Positions 57,572 to 64,000 of a stretch of 64,000 bases of DNA are shown piece after piece (position 1 is the first letter of the stretch; each line of letters begins with the position of its first letter). The stretch comes from Kiritimatiellia bacterium (GTDB lineage Bacteria > Verrucomicrobiota > Kiritimatiellia > RFP12 > UBA1067): positions 456 through 64,455 of the forward strand of contig JAZOAC010000132.1 of assembly GCA_045595285.1 (NCBI GenBank), written 5' to 3'. The notes under the pieces were generated by a model, which ran no database searches, was not told the DNA's origin, and worked only from the letters and a program-made list of their open reading frames with translations. The position numbers and the translations under genes are program-made.

Positions 57572-57895
57572 ATGAAGAAGAAAAACTCCATGACAAGAAA
57601 CGTCCGTGCGGTGATCGAACTCAAGATCACCCCTCAGCGCAACATCGGATTCGGGAAAATCGCGAGCAAGGTTTCGAAATACGCACAGGTCGATGCCTGT
57701 TTTCTCATGAGCGGCGCGTATGACCTCCTCGTATTCGCGAGCGGAGACTCGCTTCAGGATGTAGCCGAGTTCGTCTCGTCCGAGCTCTCCACGATCGATG
57801 GAGTACTCTCCACCTCCACGCATTTCATGCTCAAGACGTACAAGGCGAACGGAGAATACGCCTTTGAGGAAGACAAGCGTCTCCCGGTGGTCTGA
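57572..57895 (+). CDS. Lrp/AsnC ligand-binding domain protein lacking the HTH
   Basis: VIELKITPQRNIGF..IA...LMSGAYDL...VSSELSTIDGVLSTSTHFMLKTYK. TGGTATAAT at 57533-57541, with an SD before ATG 57572. Confidence 0.8.
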   Translation: MKKKNSMTRNVRAVIELKITPQRNIGFGKIASKVSKYAQVDACFLMSGAYDLLVFASGDSLQDVAEFVSSELSTIDGVLSTSTHFMLKTYKANGEYAFEEDKRLPVV

Positions 57896-59070
57896 TGGCT
57901 CGCGATTTTACAGCCAGACACATTGCGGAACTGCCGAGAAGCGGTATTCGCAAATTCTTCGATATCGTCGCACAGCGCAAGGATGTCATATCGCTTGGTG
58001 TTGGCGAACCGGACTTTGACACCCCCTGGCATATATCGCGAGCGGCGGTAACCTGTCTTGAGGACGGCGGCACGCACTACACCTCAAACCTTGGCACCCC
58101 GGAACTGCGTAAGGCGATATGCCGCTATCTGAAGCGGCGGTTCAAGGCATCTTTCGCATGGGAGAACGAAGCGCTTGTAACGGTTGGCGTATCCGAGGCT
58201 ATAGATCTTGCGATCCGTGCAATCACCGAACCAGAAGACGAGATAATCTACCATGAACCGTGCTTTGTCTCCTATGCACCCACGATCCGCATGGCACATG
58301 GCGTCCCGGTATGCGTCGAAACCTATGCGCGCGACGGATTCAGACTCACAGTTAAGTCACTCGAGAAAATCATAACGCCGAAGACGAAAGCACTTCTCAT
58401 AAATTTTCCGTGCAACCCCACAGGCGCGGCACTCTCGCTTCAAGACATGAAGGACATTGCCAACTTCGTCCTAAAGCACGATATTCTCCTCTTGTCTGAT
58501 GAGGTGTACTCAGAACTCGTATACGACCGAAAGCCCGCAAGCTTTGCGTCATTTCCGGAACTCAAGGACAATCTCATCCTTCTGAACGGGTTTTCAAAGA
58601 GCTGGGCAATGACCGGGTTCCGTCTCGGCTATGCATGCGGTCCCGCGCCGCTGATCGGCACAATGATGAAGATCCATCAATACGGCATCATGAGCGCACC
58701 GACGCTCAGCCAGGCGGCAGGTGCCGAGGCTATGGACAACGGGGACGTAGATGTTGCACGCATGAGGGCAGAATATAAACGCCGCCGTGACTTTCTTGTG
58801 GCCGCACTCAACAGGATGGGATTGAAAACCATCCTTCCAAAGGGTGCGTTCTATGTATTCGCGGACATTTCCAAAACTGGCCTCAAGGACGAGGAATTCT
58901 GCCTGCGGCTTCTAGAGGAGCAGGATGTCGCCTGCGTCCCCGGATCTGCATTCGGTGCATGCGGAGAAGGCTTTGTGCGCATGAGCTATGCAACCTCACT
59001 CGAGAAGATACATGCCGCCGCCGAACGTCTGTCCGCATTTCTCCGCAATACAGGCAAACTTCAACAATAG
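57895..59070 (+). CDS. Class I/II PLP aminotransferase (AlaT/YugH-like)
   Basis: LGVGEPDF, NFPCNPTG, DEVY, NGFSKSWAMTGFRLGY, GAFY, PGSAFG. Confidence 0.93.
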   Translation: MARDFTARHIAELPRSGIRKFFDIVAQRKDVISLGVGEPDFDTPWHISRAAVTCLEDGGTHYTSNLGTPELRKAICRYLKRRFKASFAWENEALVTVGVSEAIDLAIRAITEPEDEIIYHEPCFVSYAPTIRMAHGVPVCVETYARDGFRLTVKSLEKIITPKTKALLINFPCNPTGAALSLQDMKDIANFVLKHDILLLSDEVYSELVYDRKPASFASFPELKDNLILLNGFSKSWAMTGFRLGYACGPAPLIGTMMKIHQYGIMSAPTLSQAAGAEAMDNGDVDVARMRAEYKRRRDFLVAALNRMGLKTILPKGAFYVFADISKTGLKDEEFCLRLLEEQDVACVPGSAFGACGEGFVRMSYATSLEKIHAAAERLSAFLRNTGKLQQ

Positions 59071-59131
59071 AGACCGCACGCACGCAGGGAGGCTACGTCA
59101 AGAGCCCCCATGAAGTCCGGTTCGGTGCTCA

Positions 59132-60184
59132 TTACTGCGCCGCAAACCTCTCAAGGTCGGCCTTTTGCATGAAACCGACAGCCTGCGCCGCCACCTTGCC
59201 GTCCTTGAAGAGAAAGAGTGCTGGAATGCTGCTGATGCCATACTTGGCGGCAAGATCGGCTGCCTCATCAACATTCACCTTGCCGACTTTCAGCACATCG
59301 GCCTTCTCCACCGCAATCTGCTCCAGAATTGGAGCAAGCATGCGGCATGGTCCGCACCACGGCGCCCAGAAATCCACGAGTACAGGCTTATCGGATTTCA
59401 AGACCTCTGCCTCGAAATTTGCCGAAGTCAGTTCTATTTCCATTTTCTTCTCCTTCGTGTTGTCTTTTGGTTTTAATATTGTCGCATTTTCCTGTGTAGA
59501 TACCTCTGCTGCCTTTTGAACCGCATCCGAACCGGCATTCTCCGCCGCAACTGCTTTCACCCACGGTCCGGCGATCATCCATGCCCCGAACGCCATAAGC
59601 AACGCTCCACATATCGGATTGATGATGTTGTAGCGTCTTTTTATGAATCCGAAAGCAGTCTGAAAGCATCCCAGAAGCGCGGCCGACACCACGAAAGGAA
59701 CACCAAGCCCAAGCGAATACGCAAGAAGGAGCACGGCGCCCTGCAGTGCTCCTCCCTCCGAGGCGGCCTGCATGAGTGCAGCACCAAGAAAAGCTCCTAC
59801 GCACGGGGTGAGGCTCACCGAGTAGATGAGACCGAAAACGAATGCCGAAACAACGCCATTAGGCGTTCGCCCGCTTTTCATTCCGGAAAACGGCAGACGA
59901 AACAAGCCGAGATAGCCAAGTCCAAATGCAAACACTATGATTCCGCACACCACGTTGACGGCTGTTCTATGCGCAGCCAAAGCAGCTCCAAGTGTCCCCG
60001 CAAAAACTCCTAGCGCAACGAATACAACCGTAAATCCAAGCATGAACGCAAATGCACGGGCGAACATTTTGCCTTTGCCGACGTCACCAGCGGCAAAGTA
60101 CGTAGCGTATACCGGAAGCAACGGAAGCATACAGGGGGAAATAAAAGAAATCACCCCTTCCGTAAATGTGAGCAGGACATTCAT
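59132..60184 (-). CDS. CcdA/DsbD transmembrane domain fused to thioredoxin
   Basis: SPCMLP and LTPCVG cysteines; C-terminal [10 protein letters not shown]...SIPAL. Confidence 0.9.
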   Translation of the reverse strand: MNVLLTFTEGVISFISPCMLPLLPVYATYFAAGDVGKGKMFARAFAFMLGFTVVFVALGVFAGTLGAALAAHRTAVNVVCGIIVFAFGLGYLGLFRLPFSGMKSGRTPNGVVSAFVFGLIYSVSLTPCVGAFLGAALMQAASEGGALQGAVLLLAYSLGLGVPFVVSAALLGCFQTAFGFIKRRYNIINPICGALLMAFGAWMIAGPWVKAVAAENAGSDAVQKAAEVSTQENATILKPKDNTKEKKMEIELTSANFEAEVLKSDKPVLVDFWAPWCGPCRMLAPILEQIAVEKADVLKVGKVNVDEAADLAAKYGISSIPALFLFKDGKVAAQAVGFMQKADLERFAAQ

Positions 60185-60293
60185 GAGACACCTCCTATTT
60201 TACTTATTACGGGCAACATTATACACGATTGCGCATTTCAAAACAATCACCGACAAAAGATATCCTAAAATGCTATCGCATTCCCACCCATCC

Positions 60294-61820
60294 CTAACGG
60301 CGGCGGTTCCACTTCATCCCCATCGCTGCCATGGATATGAAATACACCGCACCGCCAACCGCGATGGAGGCCGCCAACAGAAACAACGGCGGCAGATAAA
60401 CGAATCGTTTCAGCAGAAGGATTGCAGCCGACATCAATACCGAACCGGTCAGCATCTTTGCGACCGGCACCACCAGCCTACGCATTCCAAGCGAACCATT
60501 CCGGCGTCGTGCGGCCTCAATGAGAAACACAATGCCGCATCCAGAGCAGAGCACCGTCGATGCTGCAAGCCCCACATGGCGCCATTCTACCGGAAGGCAG
60601 AATACCGCCATAACGTTCAATGCCGCATTCAAGCAGACCGTCCATACAGAAACGCGCAACGGTGTCTTCATATCGTTCTGCGCCTGAAACCACGGAACGA
60701 GCGACTTATGGAGTCCAAAGAATCCCAGTCCAACAGCATACACCGCTACAGCCCTGGAAACGCGCACAACAGCCAAATCATCGAATGCGCCGCCCCGATA
60801 GATCACGGTTGTAACATCACCGGCCAGCACACCTAAGCCGACAGCTGCAGGCACCATCACAAAAAGCATCTGTCCGGATGACGAAACAAATGCCTCTCGC
60901 GCCCCTTCTACATCGCCCTTCGAAAAGAAACCGGCAAACGTCGGCAGCAGAACAGTGCCGAAGGCAACGCCGATGACGCCAAGAGGAAGGTCCATCAGGC
61001 GTTCGGCGTAGCCAATCACGCCTGCCGCCCATGGCGCGGCGAGCTGCCCTAGAACCTGATCAAGCATATAATTTATCTGAACCGCTCCTGCTCCCATGGC
61101 GGCAATTGCGGTGTTTTTCCATACAAGACGCACCTTCGTGTCGCGCCAGCCATTGAATGTGACACCTGGAGTGACACCTGCGCGGTGCATGCACCAGAGC
61201 ATGAAAGCCATCTGGAACGCACCCGCCACAAGAATCGCCATCGCAACACGGTGGATGCGCTGATCAAGTTCCAATTCGGGATGGAAGCATATCCAAAGAA
61301 GGATTCCTATCCAGAACACATTGAGCAGACACGGCATCGCGCTTGACGCCTTGAAGCGTCCCATCGCGTTCAACACACCCATGCCGAACGCCGCACCGCA
61401 TATGAAAATCATGTACGGGATGAGCGTCTTCACAAGACGAATGGTGAGCAACGCCCGGTCAGAAAGTTCAAAATCAAATCTGAAATGGACGACTGCCTCT
61501 AGACCTATTAAGGCGACCGCTACAATCGACACAAGCATAAGCATCGCCATCGTCATTACGGACCTGGCAAGGCGTCTCGCGCTGTCCATCGCCTGAGCCT
61601 CGACCTCACCCTTGAATACCGGTACAAACGCAGCGGTCAGCGCACCCTCGCCAAAAAGCTTGCGCGCCATGTTCGGAAGCGCGAACGCAAGCGTGAACGC
61701 ACTCTGCTCCACACCTGCGCCGATGAAGCGGCTCTGAAGCATTTCGCGAACCAGCCCCAAGACCCGGGACAGCGCGGTGAACGCCCCGACGGTAAACGTA
61801 TTCTTCAATATGCGGTTCAT
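60294..61820 (-). CDS. murJ: Lipid II flippase
   Basis: LSRVLGLVRE, LFGEGALTAAFVP, YAERLMDLPLG, HVGLAAST. Confidence 0.93.
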   Translation of the reverse strand: MNRILKNTFTVGAFTALSRVLGLVREMLQSRFIGAGVEQSAFTLAFALPNMARKLFGEGALTAAFVPVFKGEVEAQAMDSARRLARSVMTMAMLMLVSIVAVALIGLEAVVHFRFDFELSDRALLTIRLVKTLIPYMIFICGAAFGMGVLNAMGRFKASSAMPCLLNVFWIGILLWICFHPELELDQRIHRVAMAILVAGAFQMAFMLWCMHRAGVTPGVTFNGWRDTKVRLVWKNTAIAAMGAGAVQINYMLDQVLGQLAAPWAAGVIGYAERLMDLPLGVIGVAFGTVLLPTFAGFFSKGDVEGAREAFVSSSGQMLFVMVPAAVGLGVLAGDVTTVIYRGGAFDDLAVVRVSRAVAVYAVGLGFFGLHKSLVPWFQAQNDMKTPLRVSVWTVCLNAALNVMAVFCLPVEWRHVGLAASTVLCSGCGIVFLIEAARRRNGSLGMRRLVVPVAKMLTGSVLMSAAILLLKRFVYLPPLFLLAASIAVGGAVYFISMAAMGMKWNRRR

Positions 61821-61960
61821 TCTCGGTATATCGCAACTTTCCTTAAAATACCGGTGCAGTATACCACATGACTGTTTTGCGGGTCAATTTTTCACCAGTT
61901 CTTCAAGAAGATTTCCCACACTTTATCGGGATTCAACATCGATACCTTCACGGTCTGGAG

Positions 61961-62017
61961 GGGCAATTGTAAAACCACCCGTGGCGCAAGCCTGATCCAG
62001 GGGCTTTGCAATTGCCC
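61961..62017. other. Stem with two internal hairpins (three-way-junction-like)
   Basis: gggcaattgtaaa 61961-61973 pairs with tttgcaattgccc 62005-62017 (1 mismatch). Inner pairs ccac/gtgg and agcc/ggct. Confidence 0.45.
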
Positions 62018-62032
62018 AACCGTTATCCTCAT

Positions 62033-63434
62033 TTACATTTCAGTTGGAGGTGTGATTGCACCGCTTACCGGTATCTCATGAGTATTGACAATCACTTTGA
62101 AAAATGCGGTCCCGCTTTCCGGTTTCGGAATCGTCAGCGTAACGCCGTCCCACGAAGCACGGGCGGCATCGGCGGCTCCGGCAGTCTGCAGATCTGCAAG
62201 ATTGTCCGCAACCGCAACGCCGTAAACTTTGTACGCATCGACGGGAATATTCTCACCGACGCTTCCGGGTTGAAGACCGTAAACTCCGGCAGGTACAGCG
62301 CATAGCCGATTCCCACGGACAATTCGGTACGGTATAGCTTCATGCCGTTCCAGGTATTTCCGGGATCCGCCCCCCCCCCATGCAAACGAAGGAATGAACA
62401 CTTTGGCTGTCTCAGGACAGTAATAGAACGCATACTTGCCCACAGCCGGCTCATTGCCGGTGAATGTCGCCGATTCAAGTGATGTGCAGCCGCAAAACGC
62501 GTAATCGCCCAAAATAAGCACGTCTCCCTTGAATGTTATGCGTTTTAACGACGAACAGTTATAAAACGAATAATCACCGACCGCAATCATCGAAGAAGGA
62601 AAGACAGCCGTCCTGAGCGACGAACAGCCTTCAAACGCGGAAAGCCCTATGCTTGTCACCCCTTCCAGAATCGACACCGAAGTCAATTTGTCGCAATACC
62701 GGAACGCTCACTCTCCAATGGCCAAGACTTCACAATTCCCAAGTTTGGAAGGTATTGCGATATCACCGGCGACAGAACGGGGGATAGAGGGCGAACCGAA
62801 CGTTCTGCTGCCCACCGTGGCCATTCCATTTGACACGGTGAATGTCCACGTCACGCCATCTACCATCTCGTTGTACGGTCCACCATCGGCTCTTGCCGCG
62901 ATTACGATCATGCCGTACCACGTATCGCCGATTCCCGCCCAACCTTCCAGCTCTGCAGGCAGCGTCACTTGCGCATTCTCAGGAGGAGTGGTGAACAGCT
63001 CTTTTCCCATAACCGGCGCATCGCCGACAAACCGCACGGAAGCCAACGCCGGACATCGTTCGAAAGCGTTTTTCCCGATGCCCGTCACGGTGGACGGAAT
63101 CCGCACAGACGAAAGACCGCTGCTGCAGGCAAATGCGTACTCCCCGACATTTGTCACGCCGAACGGGATCTCAAGCTTTTCAAGCGACGCACAGCTGCTG
63201 AACGCAGATGAACCTATGCGCTTAAGATTTGCCGGATATTTTACGCTTTTAAGCGAACTGCATGCCACAAAAAATGCATCCTCTATTTCTGTCATCTGAT
63301 TCGGGAGCGATATGCTTTCGAGAAGTTCGCATTGGTAGAACGAGCGCTCCCCCATGCGCATGACACTCGACGGAAGCGATACCCCCCTTCAGGCTCGAGC
63401 ATTCAGCAAATGCGTTGTTGCCGCTCACATAGAT
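62033..63434 (-). pseudogene. Disrupted BspA-type (LRR_5) surface protein
   Basis: Repeats such as AFxxCSSLxSVxIPxxVTxIGxx. In-frame TGA at 62708-62710, +1 G in a G6 run at 63382-63387, a G10 run at 62370-62379, and no 5' end. Confidence 0.8.
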
Positions 63435-63513
63435 TCAGTGGCGCAAATATCCTGCACAGCGGGAAATGTAGAAAAATGGCATGGACAATGCACATCCCGG
63501 GCCGTGCCATGAC

Positions 63514-63870
63514 TGCGAACTCCCGCACATCATGAAAATGCGGCCCTGACACCGGCATCGGGCATGCCATCCACTGGAAGCTCTCTCACGTCATGAAATA
63601 CAATCAAAAAAAAACTCCGTATAGTCAGCACCTCCCTTACATGGGAACTCGCGCGCTTAATGAAATGCAATACGCGGCGACTGGCGCATACCCGTGCTCT
63701 GACCTGGAAACTCACGCGGCGTATCATGAAATGCAATTCGGCGGAACACTCATCCCCGCACTGTTTGTCTGCAGGAAACTCGCACGTAAATTGCGAAATA
63801 CAATCTAATCCGAACGGACGACGAGCCCAAAAACTTGCTGTAACCTCGTGTGCGAGTTGTGAAATAGCGG
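63514..63870. repeat. Degenerate regularly spaced repeat array, 6 units (consensus about TGGAAACTCGCGCAC..CATGAAATRCAAT)
   Basis: Unit starts at 63514, 63575, 63642, 63705, 63773 and 63839 (spacing 61-68 nt), with unrelated intervening sequence. Confidence 0.6.
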
Positions 63871-64000
63871 ACTTGCCGACAATCCCCTTTGCAGAACCGC
63901 CCGGCACACGCCTCCTCTCATGCATCAAGCTCAGGCTTGGCGACAGCACCATTTGTAGAACCGAACTGACCCGACAAAAAATAGGCCTTCCCATATACAT

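Noticed and set aside
62708-62710. TGA recoding (alternative genetic code or selenocysteine)
   Set aside because: Many ordinary genes here end in TGA, and the same gene has other lesions.
63514-63870. Calling a bona fide CRISPR array
   Set aside because: The repeats are too divergent and variable in length, and no cas genes are visible. Reported as a repeat.
63530-64000. ORFs 63530..64000 (-) and 63593..63808 (+)
   Set aside because: They overlap the non-coding repeat array and show no recognisable protein features.

Overview
A 64-kb chromosomal window from a GC-rich bacterium. The style of the secreted proteins and the gene content suggest Kiritimatiellae/PVC, which is an inference. Almost all genes lie on the minus strand. 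(1) 1-14 kb is an accessory island. It holds an AT-rich operon (Cys-rich peptide, two helical proteins, Ycf46-like AAA+ ATPase, Sel1 protein, PD-(D/E)xK nuclease, tandem paralogs) and four co-oriented toxin-antitoxin modules (2x MntA/HepT, DUF3990 module, PIN module) that each end in the same repeated DNA element. It also holds a four-helix-bundle gene enclosed by inverted repeats inside a truncated ORF6N gene, and a double-ArsR gene bracketed by two perfect 38/42-bp palindromes. (2) 14-46 kb is a carbohydrate-utilisation region: secreted DUF2341/LamG and beta-helix/DUF4838 proteins, GH-like proteins, GH109, SDR-MFS-aldolase, XylR- and GntR/LacI-type regulators, and a porin. One large secreted gene starts with an in-frame group II intron domain V/VI remnant behind a consensus promoter. 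Three secreted proteins share a C-terminal G-x-x-hydrophobic3-R motif. (3) 46-62 kb is housekeeping: ETF-QO, guaB, gluQ, RND pump, manC, vsr, Lrp/aminotransferase, CcdA-Trx and murJ. (4) The window ends with a broken BspA-type LRR gene and a degenerate, regularly spaced repeat array. No rRNA, tRNA, cas, integrase or transposase genes were recognised. All family calls come from motif recognition by eye, with no database search.
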